62,570 bases of DNA from Eremomyces bilateralis CBS 781.70. Lineage: Eukaryota. This document shows positions 1-14,585 of the stretch, piece by piece. The stretch is taken from the NCBI GenBank assembly GCA_010015585.1, contig ML975150.1; one strand, 5' to 3'. The notes beneath the pieces were generated by a model. That model ran no database searches, had not been told where the DNA came from, and was given only the letters and a program-made list of their open reading frames with translations. Every line of letters starts with the position of its first letter. Within the stretch, counting starts at the first letter, position 1. The position numbers were made by a program, and so were the translations under genes.

Positions 1-41
1 TCGAAACAGGACAATTAGACCATGCCATACACCTCTTGAGT

Positions 42-3000
42 ATGGCGAACGAAGATTCTGGGGAATCGTCCCCTACGATACAGGTGGAGAACGTCCAGAA
101 ACACCTGTTCTCTAGTTCCACAAAGCTGCGCACCGCAGAGCTTCATACACTGAAGCGATATGTAAACGATGAGCGTAAGCATAACAACAATCCTTTGGAC
201 AATGCCATGATTTAACAGGAACAGATCTTAGCTCATCGGAAATAAAAAGCATCGCCACCCTTCTTTTCAAGTTACACCCCAGATACATCGATCAGGAATC
301 ACGAACTGCGGCCCGACAATGTCTGGCTGCGTTGATATCTTCCGAGCACGGGCAAGATGCGGTTGCCGTCATCATCGATTCGATTACCTCCGAAGCATCC
401 AAACGAACCATAGCACCGGGCAATGCTTTTGTACTTCTCTCCTGGTGCTCCGCTCTCCATAAAGAGACCAAGGACAACACAGCCTTCTGGGACAAATGGG
501 GGGGTAAGCTCGTCGATGCCGAAGCGAATGCCCTTGATCTCGTACTCGGAACGGGACACCGCGAGAGTGTGAAAAAACATTGCAGAGGGAAGATAAGGAG
601 TGCTTTTCGAGCATTGGTGGAAACCGGTCCTGCTGGAAACAGTATAGTGACTGGGCTGATCAAGAAGCTCACAACCAAAGGATCTGCACCAGCAGCCAAG
701 AATGCTCTAGTACTAGGCCTCATTGCGAGTGCTTGCTCACGAACACCGTCTACGCATCCAGTAATCGAGCAGAGCAAACCGGATATCTACTCCTTTTATG
801 TTCGTGAAATCCTTGCTTCGCGGACGGCTGTCCCCGAGCATGTCGCGGGTGGGCTTCACCACTTCTTCAGATCCTTTTCTTCGCTGGATGAGCTTCGGAC
901 TCAAGTGGTAGGAAGCATAGAAAAAGGGTTGCTCCGAGCCCCAGAAGTGCTCTTAAACAATGTCCTCAATCAGCTGTTCGCCTCGGTCTCTCCTGAAGTC
1001 GACCTCTCGACTGTCCTCAAGGGGCTAGTCAAGCCTCTTATGTCGAATCTCAAGTCGACAAATCTAGTCGTCAAGAAGGGTGTTCTAGAAGCTTTCCATG
1101 CTCTCGCAGCGAAGTCGCACGATCAGACGGCTCTCTCTACTGTCGTGGATGAGTTGCTGAAACCTTTGAAACAAGGAAAGGTCACAGCCGCAGACCAGAA
1201 AGCCGCCCATTGCCAGATGCTAGCGGCGTTGCAATGCAAAGATAGCCTAGCGCTGCGGGTGGCAACTGACTTGACAGCGGTAGCGCAGAAAGAGTCAAAC
1301 GATGTAGCTCTTCATGCCGAACTGCAAACAGCAGCTGCACATGCAGTGACCGCGTTTAAGGAAGGGCAGAGCTTTGATAAGGTCGTCAATGACGCGTTCA
1401 CTAAGGGATGTAAAGAAAAGCGTCCGGCGTTCTCGAAGCGCTGGGCCCTGTGCTTTGGCAATATTGTCCTGGGCTCGTCAGAAGATACCCTTGGTTCACC
1501 AGGAATGGTAGCCTTCATCAAAGCCGCATTGAATGGGCTGGTAGATGCCTACAAGGACATAACCGCCAATCCGATTCAAGCCACTCAAAACGGATCGATA
1601 TCAACAGCCTACGTTACGGCTACATTGTCACTGTCCACACTCCGAACGATCAATGACAATGATGTCTCTTCGATCCTTCAAAAACTCGCGGTACAAAAAC
1701 ATTTGTACATGGTCGAACCAAAACCATCTTTCCTCCTAAACCCTCGCGTCTACACCAAACTGCTCGACGAAGAAGACATAGCCTGGTGTCTACGATGCCT
1801 CGAGGCTGCCGTGGATGGTATCGCAAGCACCAAAGACAACCAAGACGCGGCACGGCCGTGGTCACAAGGGATCTTATATTTCTTATCAGAGAGACGATCT
1901 GCAGCGCTGTCAACGCGGTCAAGCGAAACGATTGCGAGCGCATTCAATGCTCACCCTGGGTTCGTCGGACAGGCAGTGATTGATGGGATATGGACGTGGT
2001 TGGAGCAGTTGAGTAAGGGAGACAAAGACTCCGTTGCATTGATGTCAAAAGGAGGTGACCATGCACCCCATGCTGCCCTTCACGCTATTTTCCCCCAGAA
2101 GACAGCTCAACTATCCGGACTTAAGGATGTTTTGTCCGAAAACCTAGTTCGAGCTCTTGTTATAAGCCAACCCAATCTCATCCCGCGAGCATCGTGGATC
2201 AACCTTTGCCTACGGACGGGTATCGATCCTGGAAACCTAGTCAGCGCAAACACCGATCGTTTCCTGGATGCAGTTCTAGATGGAAGCAAGTCTGACCAAG
2301 ACTCACAATGGGCAACATCTGTCAGGAAGGCCGCGTCCAGAGCCGCCGCAGAACTGGTGTTCGTGGCACCGGATGCCCTACTAGGACGCTTGCTGGACCG
2401 GACACAATCCCTTCTCGACCCTGCACAACTTTCAGACATCGGGCCAACCGAAGTGGGCATCTTCAATACCCCTGAAGGGACCCCCTTCGTAGATGTTCTC
2501 AGCAAGCAAGGCTCGGCACCCACATCCCATAAGGGATCGAAAGACCGGGATGCTGAACAGTGGGAGCAAGAGCTACGCAAAGAATTGGCCGCGAAGAAGG
2601 GCCACGCCAAGAAGTTGACGGCTGACGAGCAAGCGAAGGTCAAAACCCAACTGGCGAAAGAAACCGTCATTCGGCGGCATGTTGCAGAGGTTCGCGAGAG
2701 ATTGTTGCGCGGAGCCGGCATTGTCGATGCGCTCGTGAATGGTCCTCCCACTGATGCGCAGCGATGGGTTGTTCCCGTCATCAGATGTCTTCTCGACCTA
2801 ATTGCAGGAGATAAGGGCGGTTTACTAGGCACAGAGGCAACGTCGACGTTCCTTGATTTGTCTAAGCTAGTGACTCCAAGATTGGGATCTCTTCGTCTCT
2901 TCGTCGGAGTGGCAACTCTTCGAGCGCTTGACGTGCAGCAAGTGTCAGCAGATCTCCAACGAGAGCCACTGGGCGAGCTCGTTACTCGCGTTCTCTACCG

Positions 3001-6000
3001 GATGAGGTTCGTGGGCGAACAGAGAACATTCGACCTTGTATCTCTGGCTTACATCCACCCTCTCATTATGCTTATCCTCGAGAAAGGTGGTATTTCCGCT
3101 CCCGATGCTGACGCTGCGGACGAGCAAATTACGCTTGCTATCGAGTTTTGTTCCGGCCATGCTGATCCGATCGCAAACGCGGCGTTGCCCAGGGATCGAA
3201 TGTTGTCGGCGCTAGTCTCTACGATGCAGCGGTTCACACAACACTACAAGATCACGAAAGACTGCTTCGCGGACTTTGTTCGAGCACTGTCACTGGACAT
3301 TTCGAAGCAGGAACTAACGATCCTATTGAAGGCATCCCTTGTGCCTCAGACCGCTGTCCGCACAGCTGTGCTGCAGGCTATTGACGCTGAATTGGAGCTT
3401 GACTCCAACCAATTCTATCCAGAGATTTGGGTGGAATGCCATGATGACCTTGCAGAAAATCGCGAGATTGCGGAGACGATCAAGGAGGAGAATAGCATCC
3501 AGGTGCCCGAATCTGCGGCAGCCTCGATCATTGAACATCTGTCATCGCCTGATTCCCAGCGTCGGCGAGCTGCTGCACGTTCCATTGCAAGCGCCACGAA
3601 AAAGCATCCGAACACATTCAATAGTCTGCTAGACCAGTTGATTGACATCTACAATGCCAACGAGAAGCTACGAGAACCGGAACGCGACAAGTTTGGCATG
3701 ACCAAGAGCAAGGAGGCCAAAGACCTATGGGAATGGCGAAGCGGCGCTGCCCTCACTCTCCGTGAATTAGCTCCCGTATTCGCGGAGGTACGATTGGTGG
3801 ACTTGGTACAGTTCTTGGTCCTAAAAGGCCCACTCGCCGACCGAAACGGAACGGTCCGTTCGCAAATGATCGAAGCTGCCGCGGCCATCATCAACGCGAA
3901 AGGGAAGAACAAGCTGGCCGAACTGACCAAGCTATTTGAAGCGAAACTCGACAAGTCAGACAACGGTTCGGTGAAGGAAGATCGGGTCAACGAGGCCGTT
4001 GTCATTCTCTATGGTACTCTTGCGAGGCACATACCAAGCGGTGATGCACGAATTCCTAAAGTCGTGGCTCGCCTACTGGGAACATTGGGAACCCCCTCCG
4101 AGAGTGTCCAATACGCTGTAGCAGAATGTCTGCCGCCCCTAGTCCAAGCATCCAAAGATTCCGCGTCCGACTACTTCAAAAAAACCATGGATGAGCTATT
4201 AAATTCCAAGAAGTATGCCGCCCGTCGTGGCGCCGCGTATGGACTGGCTGGTATTGTTCAAGGATACGGCGTCAAGGCTTTCAGGGAACAACGGATTATG
4301 AGCACGTTCCAGGCTGCTTCGGAGAACAAGAAAGATGCAGGCCAACGGCAGGGTCCATTCCTTGCCTACGAGCTATTCTCCCTTATCCTAGGGCGCGTCT
4401 TCGAGCCGTATGTTCTTCACATCGTCCCGCAGCTGCTCGCAGGCTTCGGTGATGCGAATGCCGATGTGCGAGAAGCTTGTCTAGACGCTTCGAAGACTTG
4501 CTTCTCTACTCTATCCCCTTATGGTGTGAAGAAGATCCTTCCGGAACTTCTAGATGGCCTTGATGAATCGCAATGGCGGAGCAAGAAGGGTGCTTGTGAA
4601 CTGCTTGGCGCCATGGCTTACCTTGATCCAAACCAATTGGCAATGAGCTTGCCGGAAATCATTCCTCCATTGACAAATGTACTGAATGACAGCCACAAAG
4701 AGGTCCGAGCTGGTGCGAAACAGGCTCTTCAACGCTTTGGCGAGGTGATCAACAACCCTGAGATCAGGGGAGTGGTGGACATTCTCCTGAAGGCATTGAG
4801 CGATCCCACGAAACACACTGAGACGGCTCTGGACTCATTACTCAAGATCTCGTTTGTGCACTATCTTGATGCACCGTCTCTGGCCCTGGTTGTCAGGATT
4901 CTTGAGCGTGGATTGGCGGATCGGTCCGGCACGAAACGAAAGGCCGCCCAGATCATCGCGACATTGGCACATCTTACGGAGAGAAAAGATCTAATTACGC
5001 ATCTCCCCGTCCTCGTCGCTGGCCTCCGTGTCGCGGCTGTTGATCCTGTACCGACCACCCGGGCCACTGCTTCCAAGGCACTTGGATCGCTAGTGGAGAA
5101 GCTAGGCGAAGATGCCCTTCCGGATTTGATCCCAAGTCTCATGGCAACCCTTCGTTCAGACACCGGTGCCGGCGACCGTCTGGGATCAGCACAAGCGCTC
5201 AGCGAAGTCCTTGCCGGACTGGGTACATCCAGATTGGAGGAAACCTTGCCTACCATCCTTCAAAACGTCGCCAGCTCGAAGCCATCGGTGCGCGAAGGTT
5301 TCATGTCGCTGTTCATCTTCTTGCCTGCGTGTTTCGGAAACAGCTTCTCCAACTACCTTGGCCGCATCATCCCGGCGATCTTGTCGGGTCTTGCCGACGA
5401 TCTGGAGTCGATCCGTGAGACTGCGCTGCGAGCCGGTCGCCTGCTGGTGAAGAATTTCTCGTCCAGAGCAATCGATCTGCTGCTTCCTGAGCTTGAACGT
5501 GGTCTTGCAGACGACAGCCACCGGATCCGACTCAGCTCTGTCGAGCTGGTTGGTGATCTGCTGTTCAATCTCACGGGCATCAACAAAAACACCGAGGAAG
5601 AAGACATTGAAGAACAAGCTGTCGACGCCGGCGCCTCTTTGTTGGAGGTTCTTGGAGAAGATAGACGCAATAGAGTTCTATCAGCGCTCTACATCTGCCG
5701 TTGCGATACCTCCGGCCTCGTGCGCGCTGCTGCTATCAATGTTTGGAAAGCCCTGGTGGCATCGCCTCGAACTCTTCGCGACCTTGTTCCCACGCTTACG
5801 CAATTCCTCATTCGCCGCCTTGCCAGCTCCAACCCGGAGCAAAAGGTCATTGCTGGTAATGCTCTTGGGGAATTGATGCGGAAGGCTGGTGATGGGGTTC
5901 TGACCACATTACTGCCCACTCTCGAAGAAGGGCTACGAAGCTCGACAGATACGGATACGAAACAGGGTATCTGTATTGCCCTGCGTGAGCTGGTGGGCTC

Positions 6001-8182
6001 AGCGGCTTCGGAGACTTTGGAAGACCATGAGAAGACCATCATTGCTGTGATCAGAACTGGTTTGGCCGACTCCGATACCGATGTCCGGGAAGCAGCCGCC
6101 GAAGCTTTTGACTCGCTCCAGCGGATCCTCGGCAGGAGAGTTATCGAACACGTGCTTCCTCACCTGCTATCATTGCTTCGCGATGAAGAGTCTGCAAGCA
6201 ATGCTCTCCTTGCCCTCCTAACGCTCCTCACGGACAACAACCGCTCGAACATGATTCTTCCACATCTGTTGCCACCTTTGCTCGTGTCACCAATGACCAC
6301 TTTCAACGCGAGAGCACTTGCGTCACTTGCCGAAGTTGCAGGCGGACCGATGGTCAGGAAGCTACCCACAATCATCAATGCCTTTATGGACAACATCATT
6401 TCCTGCAAGGATGATGAGTTGCGAACCGAGTTGGAAGAATCCCTGGACACCGTCTTGTTGTCAGTGGATGAGTACGACGGCCTCAATACGCTCATGAGCG
6501 TTATGCTTGCTTTGGTTAAGCATGATGACCACCGAAAACGTCGCTGTGCGGACCAACGGTTGGCGGCCTTCTTCAGCAACACTGACAACGACTTCTCCCG
6601 ATACTATCCTGACCTTATCCGCGCTCTTCTCATTTCATTTGATGACGGCGATCCGGAAGTTGTCCGCGCCGCATGGAGCGCTCTTAGCGAGTTGACTAAA
6701 CAACTGTCCAAGGAAGAGATGGAGACGCTTGCCAATTCCACTCGACAAGTCTTGACCCAGGTCGGCGTCCCCGGCTCAAATCTCCCTGGATTCGGACTAC
6801 CGAAGGGCATTAATGCCATTCTCCCCATCTTCCTCCAGGGCCTGATGAACGGCACTTCGGACCAGCGGACACAATCCGCACTGGCAATATCGGACATCAT
6901 CGATCGCACAAGTGGCGACTCTTTGAAGTCGTTCGTCACACAAATTACGGGCCCGCTTATCCGAGTCGTGTCAGAGAGATCACCAGAAGTCAGATCTGCC
7001 GTGTTGTTCACGTTGAACAATCTTCTGCAGAAGATTCCGACATTCCTGAAACCATTCTTGCCTCAACTGCAGCGCACATTCGCGAAGTCACTTGCGGATA
7101 CTTCAAGTGAGACCCTCAGAATGCGTGCTGCGAGGGCACTCGGAACTCTCATCACCATGACTCCTCGCATTGACCCACTGATTTCCGAGCTTGTGACCGG
7201 CTCCAAGACCCCTGACATCGGCGTCAAGTCGGCGATGTTGAAGGCGCTGTACGAGGTCGTCAGCAAAGTGGGCAAGAACATGAATGAAGCATCAAGGGCG
7301 TCGCTTCTAGCCCTGATTGACTCCGATGCACCAGGCTCTGAACTTTCGATTATCATCAACCATGCACGGCTACTGGGGGTATTGGTCAAGGTGTTGGACC
7401 CGGATACCGCTAAGCACGTCGTGAAGACCAAGGCTCTGACGACGAATTTTACTAATTTCTCGGTACTGGCCATGAATGCGGTCTTGCTTGACTCGGCTGA
7501 AGCGATTACTGCTTCCATGGCAGAAGAGGCTCGGGCTGTCATCTGCCAAGGCATAAAAGACAGTGTAAGTGGAATTGATTCATATTACGATCTAGGAAGC
7601 TCTTGCTAATGACATGTTCAGAGAGCCGATATTGCAGAAAATTGTGTCATAGCAGCCGGCAAACTAATGCTCACCGAATCAAGCCCACGTTCCTTCGAGT
7701 TCCTTAAGCCCTTCTTCGAGTCCTTAGCGCAAGTCATCGAACCCGGCAATCCCCCCGATGTGCGCCGTCTGTCCCTCGTGGTTATCCGCACCTTTAGCCG
7801 GGAACACAATGACGAGGTCCGGCCGCATCTCGCGTTGTTAGCACCGCCAATATTCGCAAGCGTCCGCGACATGGTCATCCCCGTCAAACTATCTGCCGAA
7901 GCAGCCCTGCTTTCGATCTTCTCGGTTGTCGAGGAGGAGGGCGCAGTGTTCGAGAAGTGGATCGCAGGACCAGGGGCGAACTTGCCGCCAAATGTGAAGA
8001 GGAGTATGGGGGATTATTTCAAGCGAGTCGCGATTCGTTTGGGAGCGCAGGCGAGAGAGAGGAAGGAGGCGGAGGGTGGTCAGGGTGGACTAGGGTTGTC
8101 GAGTGATGAGAAGGAGGACGAGCTGGAGCTTTGGCGGGTCGGCAAGGTTGACCTGGGAGAGAACGTGATGTTCGACGGATAG
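42..8182 (+). CDS. GCN1: Translational activator GCN1 (HEAT-repeat eIF2-alpha kinase activator); exons ~42-174, 219(or 225)-7564, 7622-8182
   Basis: 2425-aa ORF with GCN1 motifs (SKKYAARRGAAYGLAG, QWRSKKGACELLGAMAYLDP, FVHYLDAPSLAL, TQITGPLIRVVSER). GTAAGC and GTAAGT introns join the upstream ATG at 42 and the downstream ORF in frame. Confidence 0.96.
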
Positions 8183-8785
8183 AGTAGAACCAAAAGGTCG
8201 CAGGATTGCGAGCCATTGACAGAAGTTTGCATACGGAGCCACGCTTTATAAATATTAGAATGTCTCCCCTAATGTTTTCAGCTATTGTTTGAGACTCTAA
8301 CCCTCTGTTTATGGGCTTCGACTTGGTCAAAGTTCCTAGGTCTGAGTGCAACCTACCTTGTCTCAACTCGGCGATATGACGGGAAACAAGACAGTAAAGG
8401 AGATCTTCAGAGGAAACTCTACAATCATTGTCTCAATTGTATCTATTCCCATTGCCATTGCCGCTGTGTTGCTTATTACAGTGCTGCTCTAAAGCATTAT
8501 AGACCCTGACCGGGTGTGGCTAAGGGGCCTGGTGTGGCTGAGCGCCAAGATCTCATCGGTCATCACTCATCACCACTTCCAACCTCCATTATCATTTCAC
8601 CTTGCGCTTCCGAATACCCCATGTGAATCCATCGCCCACCGCCTATGCAAATTCACTCTTGATTCACGTGCACAAGATGCTGGAGCGGGTCCGTACCGCT
8701 GCCGCAATCCAGCCAATTTTCCTTTTCGATACGAACTAGCCATAGAATCCATCGCCCCGGTAGATCGATCGGCCGTACTCTCACT

Positions 8786-10206
8786 ATGGCGACCATTGTC
8801 CCCTCCGCGACGACGACGGTGACTCCGGCGCTCAAACCATCACAATCGATGCCGACGACGGCGCAGAAGTCGAACGGGACAAGTGCTCCGACTGCCCCGC
8901 GCATGGACCTGGAGCCCATCTACACGGCCCTCAAAAACACCATACCGGAACACTGGACGGAATATAAAGTCGCTGTCAGCGAGTTCATTCTGGGTACGTT
9001 GCGCACAAATGCGCTTCCCTTCGCATACAGTATCTGACTCCAACAGGCCGTCTGGACCAAGATGAATTCACTAGGCGAATAGACCCATATATCAGCATTG
9101 ACCCCACCCGGCTACACCATCACAATCAATTGATATGCGCCATTACATACAACTGCGGGCGCGATCCCCCAGAGCCTGGGGTTGCCGCTTGGGTGTCTGC
9201 CAATGACAAGCCGCTCACCGCGCCAAAGCCGACGTCGGGTGATGCAGCGGAGCACCGATTGAAGACGGAGGTGATGCAGCTTCCCGCTCGAGATCGGTTT
9301 AGGCTTAAGACAATACAAGATGTACGCAGATACAAACCTTTCAAGTTCGAGATAGAGTTGCTAATATGCTCACGGCAGGATCCGTACGATGAATTAGGGA
9401 AGACGTTCAATGACTACCATGCCGCTCGCCAGATCAAGATACCAGATATTGTTCCCACCTCCGCAGGTGGGTTCAACAAGACAAGTAAGGACTGCTCCCT
9501 CCTTGTATGGTGGAAAATAGACTAACCATGCATTCTTCTAGACTGGGAACTCGAAATCCGCAAACACTACACCCAACCCCTCTATTCCGAAACCAACGAA
9601 TTCCCCGACGTCGACTCCATCCAAGGCCGTATGGTCCCGATCTGCTACGAAGAAGGCCTCGGCGGCGGCTGCGCGAACGGGTGCTCCGAATTCCTCAATA
9701 TTGCCTCCGAAGCCTTCATCAAAGAAGCCCTAACCGTCTTTCTCGGCCGCGTCCGCTCCAATGGCCAGAACTTCATCAAAACCCGCACGTTCAAGCGGCG
9801 CCTCGAACGCGAGGAGTTCCTTGCGCAAAACACAAACACGGTGGTCCAGCGTAACGCCGAGTGGCTGCTGCCATGCGAGGTCGACGCGATGCAGGAGTGG
9901 CGACCGCTCACGTTGGCGGATCTGCGGGTCGCGGTACAGCTCGGGGAGAGCTTCTTCGGGCAGGCGCCGTTGATCGCGCAGCGGATGATGGAGCGGTGGC
10001 CGGAGGCAGACGATGAGGATCCGCGGTGGAAGAAGGAGGTGCCAAAGACGAATGGGGTGCATCCCGCGGCGGCAGAATCGGGTGTCAATGGGCATCGGGA
10101 GGAGGAGGGAGTAGGGGATCAGGATTTTGGGTGGGTAGGGGCGACCGGAAGTGATCGTGATACGTTCCTTTCGGTACTTGATGATTGCCTTGCCGTGGGT
10201 CAGTAA
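8786..10206 (+). CDS. HFI1: SAGA complex subunit Ada1/Hfi1 (Tad1 domain); exons 8786-8993, 9047-9321, 9379-9484, 9542-10206
   Basis: Spliced product RMDLEPIYTALK...WVSANDKP...GDAAEHRLKTEVMQLPARDR...LYSETNEFPD...RMVPICYEEGL, typical of Pezizomycotina Ada1; three canonical introns. Confidence 0.85.
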
Positions 10207-10617
10207 GGCTAGGACCAATATCAAGGGACGTGAGCGGAGTAACGGTGTTGCATAACGGATGTTTACAGATAGGACTTCCTATCGTGGTCGTCCGTGGAGG
10301 ATTCCTCGATCCTTGCCCATGCCCGTCGATACTGATGTACGGCTTTATCAGTCATTGTCGGCGTTTTTGTGTGCTTTTTGCATCTTTCCGGCGCCAAGGG
10401 AATGGTTCAGATGGGAATAACGAAGCCGGAGTTTTTGGATATGGGTGCTCACGATACCCTGGGCATGGGCGATCTCATGTTGAACATGGCGGTTACATTG
10501 TCGGAGGGACGAAGGTGTTGTGTGACGATTACTATTCCATGTCATAATATGTCCCGCCCGAGGCGGATGGAACTACCGCCTGGCCTTCTGCTATCAAATT
10601 ACGTGCCACCAGCAACA

Positions 10618-13541
10618 TCACACCGACTCCAGCTGCGCCGCCGTGAGTTTCAATATGTCCTCCACGTTCTTCACCTGCGCGTTGCCCGGATCCTTCGCGA
10701 CCCGCTGCCACACCTCCCCATGCTTCGGCTCGTTCGCCACGCACGTCCTAATCATCTCCGCCCGCTTCTCCTCTGTCCCATGCTGCAGTAGGAACTTATA
10801 GTACCACGCCCACGTATCCCCCCGGTCGCTGTCCAGCACGACTGCCTTCTCGAACCACTTCGACGCCACCTCCAGCTTCCGCTCCGCCCAGAAGATGCGC
10901 GCCAGCGTGACGAACAGCACGGGGTCGTTCCCGACCTTTTCTATTGCCTCCTTCGCCGCCGTCTTGCGCTTCGTGCGCGCCTCGAAGTACAGGATCTTCT
11001 CCCCCCAGAGGAGCCCGGAGCTGGGGGCTTCTTGGAGCGCCTGCGCCATGAGCCGGTGGGCGTTGTCCATGTCGTTGGCGCGGCGCTCCAGGCGGACGGA
11101 CTCAGTCCACAGCTCGGGGTTATGGGGGACGGCGAGCCGCGCGCGGTCGAGGATCGAGCGCGCCTTGACGATGGTGCCTTGGTTTTCCTCGAGGCGGGAG
11201 GCGAGGAGCCAGAGGGGGACGGAGCGGGAGCACGCCCGGGTGCCGGTCGAGTAGGCCTGGCGGGCTTCGGGGACGCGGTGGAGGCCTTCGTAGATCTGCC
11301 CTTTCATCATCCACAGCTTGTCGGCTTTCGGGTAGAGTTGGAGGCCCTGGCTGACGAGATCTAACGCGGCGTCCGTGTCGCCGTGCACCCGTTCGAACGT
11401 GACGCTCTTGATCCATACGCGGTCGGTACCGGCTTCGCGTCGCGCGTCGGCGAGAAATCCTCGCGCGTGCTCGATCTGGTCGTTGTCGGCCTCCAACTTC
11501 ACCGCCGCCAGCCAGATGTTCTCGTTGTTTGGGTTCTGTGTGAACGCCCTTCCCAGAACGCGTCGGGCCTCGTCCGTCTCCCCTGCCGACCACCGCTCTT
11601 TTGCCAGCTGCAGCCACATCTCCTCGCTGTTCGGACAGGCTTCGACTCCCTTCTCGAGCAGCTTCAGGAGCTCTTCATTCGCGCCGTGAGAGCGCTCTAA
11701 TTCGGCAGCGGCCAGCCAAACGGACTTCTTGTTCACGAATACCCGTAGCGCGTACGCATAAATGGCTCGCGGGGTTTCAAGTCGTCCGCGGTGGATGCTA
11801 TGCTGCGCATCTTCCATCCATATCTCTCTCCGGTCGTCATCCTCGTCCAAACCCCAGCCAAGGGTTTCGCGAATAATGGCACCGCATGTGAGGACGGCGC
11901 CCTCCGCCTCGCATTTCTCTGCTTCTGCAATCCATTCTTCCCGTTTCAGCATCGCCGATTCTCTCGCTAAAGATTTGATACCACGCTCCATGACTTTGTA
12001 GACCATGTCACGGTGGCCCATTTGCTCTTGTAGACGGCCTGCGGCCACCCAGATCTCGTGGCTTGTAGGGACCGCCTTTCGCGCCTTGTTGAGAACCACT
12101 TGCGCATTCTCTGGGGTTTCGAGTCGGGCCAAAGCGAGCCACAATTCGATCGAAAGCGGTATCTGCTCGGTCGCTGCTGCAAGGAGCATTTTCGCTTGGT
12201 TCGGATCTTCCTCCAAGTTCACCGCCTCTTTCCACAGGCGCGCTGACATAGGGACGTTATCCAGCGCTTGCCGTAGAACCTTCTTCTTCGCTCGCGTGTC
12301 AGTTTCGAGATTCATCGCCGCCAGCCAGAGGTCTATTGATCGGTCATTGTACAAAATTGCCTGCGCCGCGATGATCTTGGCGTTGTGTGTATCGTTCAAA
12401 GCAATGTTCTCGAGCCACAAGTCCACATCCTTCGGGCACCTCTTACAACCTTCCGCGATAATGTTCCTCGCCGTCACCTGGTTTCCAGCGACTTTCTCGA
12501 GTCTCGCAGACGCTCCCCAAGCCGGTGCGTGCTTCGGGTTGGTCTTCCGGACGGACTCCAGGAGTTTCCGTACGCGCTGGATCTCGCCAATGTTCAGTTC
12601 GCCGGCCTTCATCTCGGACTGCACGAGGTTCGTGAGGTAGCCCTTTGGGTCAATCGTCGTCGCAGTACCGGATTCCGTCTTCGTTCCGGGCGCCTCCACC
12701 GCGTTGTCGAGCCGGACTTGAAGCATCTTCTCACGTGCGGCGCCAAGCTGGACGAAATTCGTCATATCCCCCCCAGGCGCATCCCCAGCTTGGGCATCAT
12801 CCGCGATGGTCGTATCCATCTGCCCTGCATCCCTTGCGGCTGCAATGACCGTATCCGGAACGGCATAGAATCGTTGTCGGAGATTCTGCTTTGCTCGTCG
12901 ATTCTTCCCCGTCAAGTCACCGACCTCGGGGATACTCTGCCATTCCTCGTCCGTGACGCTTCCCAGCGCTCGTTTTAAATCCGCGAACTGTTGCTGGATT
13001 TTCGGGTTGTTCCGCTCGAAATCCTCGCGCTCTTTGTTCTCGCGTGCTTCCCTATACGTACGGACCGGTCTCAGGTTGGTAATCTGCCCGTTTAACAAAA
13101 CAAAATCCAAGGAATTGTACGCTCAAGTATTGACAAAGGGATGGATGCCAGGGTAGGAAATGAAACGGGCTGTACTAACCGAATGATCTTCCGTCTCTTG
13201 TTCATCCTCTCATCCACGTCCTGGTATATCCGATCCGCCTCATCGTCGTCCCGATCGTACGTGCCACTAGCAAACAAGCCCACCTCATTCTCTGGGTCCT
13301 GATATCGTTCGTTGTCGTCGTTCTCCTCTGGTTTCTTGTCGGGGGCGCCGTAGGCAGTTGGTGCCGCTGCACCCACCTGGGCGGCTCGCTTTGCGATCGC
13401 TTCCTTAATCTGCTCTTCACTGGGGCCTTCGCGTGCAGGACCTAGATCCGATCGCGTCGTGAAGCCGGTTGCGCCACGACCAAGACCGGCTACATAGTTC
13501 TCGGGAGCCGGCTGGCCCAGGAAATCTTTCCGCGCGGACAT
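10618..13541 (-). CDS. PRP6: Pre-mRNA splicing factor Prp6 (S. pombe Prp1; U5-102K; HAT/TPR repeats); exons 13541-13180 and 13051-10618
   Basis: N-terminus APENYVAGLGRGATGFTTRSDLGPAR and PKIQQQFADLKR followed by HAT repeats; one GTTAGT...TAG intron of ~128 nt. Confidence 0.96.
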
Positions 13542-14585
13542 ATTGAGGTCGCGAACAGGGTGTGTTTGTATGTGTCGAGTGGCGGTTCAGAAATTCATAT
13601 GTATCAAGAACAGAATGGATTGCCATCAAATTAGTTGAATCCTGGAGGTTGAATGTCGCGTGGTCACGTGATACAGCTTCTTCACCAATGATCCAGTACG
13701 GGATGGAACGCTTAGTACTCCGTTGATCGCGATACTCACTTTGGATGACGGAGGCTGAGAGGGAATTCTGCTTATGGGAAACCACGAGGAAATCGGTTTC
13801 AGTGATCATCGCGGTGATATAATTGCTACAACAGTGGAATTGATATGGGCAGCGCAGGCATCACTGATTGGTCGGATACCCATAATATGGCCTTATTGCC
13901 TAATTAAGGCAGCAAAATGACATCTGCGGATTCCCTTTGCACTGTAAACATCAAACTGTCGGTTACAGAGGAATTACAAAGATCACTTTAGCGAGAACCG
14001 TATTGACCATAGTATATATCAGGTCCTTTTCTTGTGTTCCATACAATCGTCTAAAAAGTGCAAGCATTGAAACCCCATCTTAACCGCAGAGTGTCTCAAA
14101 CTTTCAATCATCCTCCATCTTCCACCCCCTGCACCTCCATCGTTCATTGCAATCAATTCGCCGGACGTCAATTCGACAATTACTTTGGAGGCCAGCTGGC
14201 GACATTGAACTTGGAATCTCCTCTTCCCATTCTATGACATATTTTAACGAAATCTTTACGACGTTGGGATTTTCTTTGCTTTCATACGACCTTGTTCTGG
14301 GACTTTGAGAGCTGCTATCGTTTGCCGCTTGTTGACGTCGTGGTAACATTGGTTTGCTGGAGACGCAACGTGTGTCGGAACAACACTGGAGGTTAACTTA
14401 CCTTGGGGGGCTATACTGTGTTTGAGCTTGTTTGGCGTATGTTCTTCTTGTTTTACAGTCCCATTGTCCTGGGGTGTCCAAGGCTAATGGCTTACAGTTC
14501 ACACGAGAGCTACTCTCCGTCATACCAAACTTCCATCCCTCTCCTCCAACGTACTCTCCCAACCTTCTCCTCTCATAACGACAAG

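Noticed and set aside
292..8366. Many 60-240 aa ORFs antisense to or overlapping GCN1 (likewise in PRP6, DAL2, LPD1, gapA and MSH2)
   Set aside because: Shadow ORFs expected from high GC3 codon bias; no recognisable motifs.
13052..13179. Longer-than-usual introns in PRP6 (and NSL1 25860-26013) as possible snoRNA hosts
   Set aside because: No convincing paired C/D boxes or H/ACA double hairpin visible; an Infernal scan would be needed.
14403..14585. N-terminal ORF-track extensions of the lectin gene (also CMR1 24804-24911 and SDR 45795-46025)
   Set aside because: They start at non-ATG codons; downstream ATGs give the signal peptide or family-typical N-terminus.
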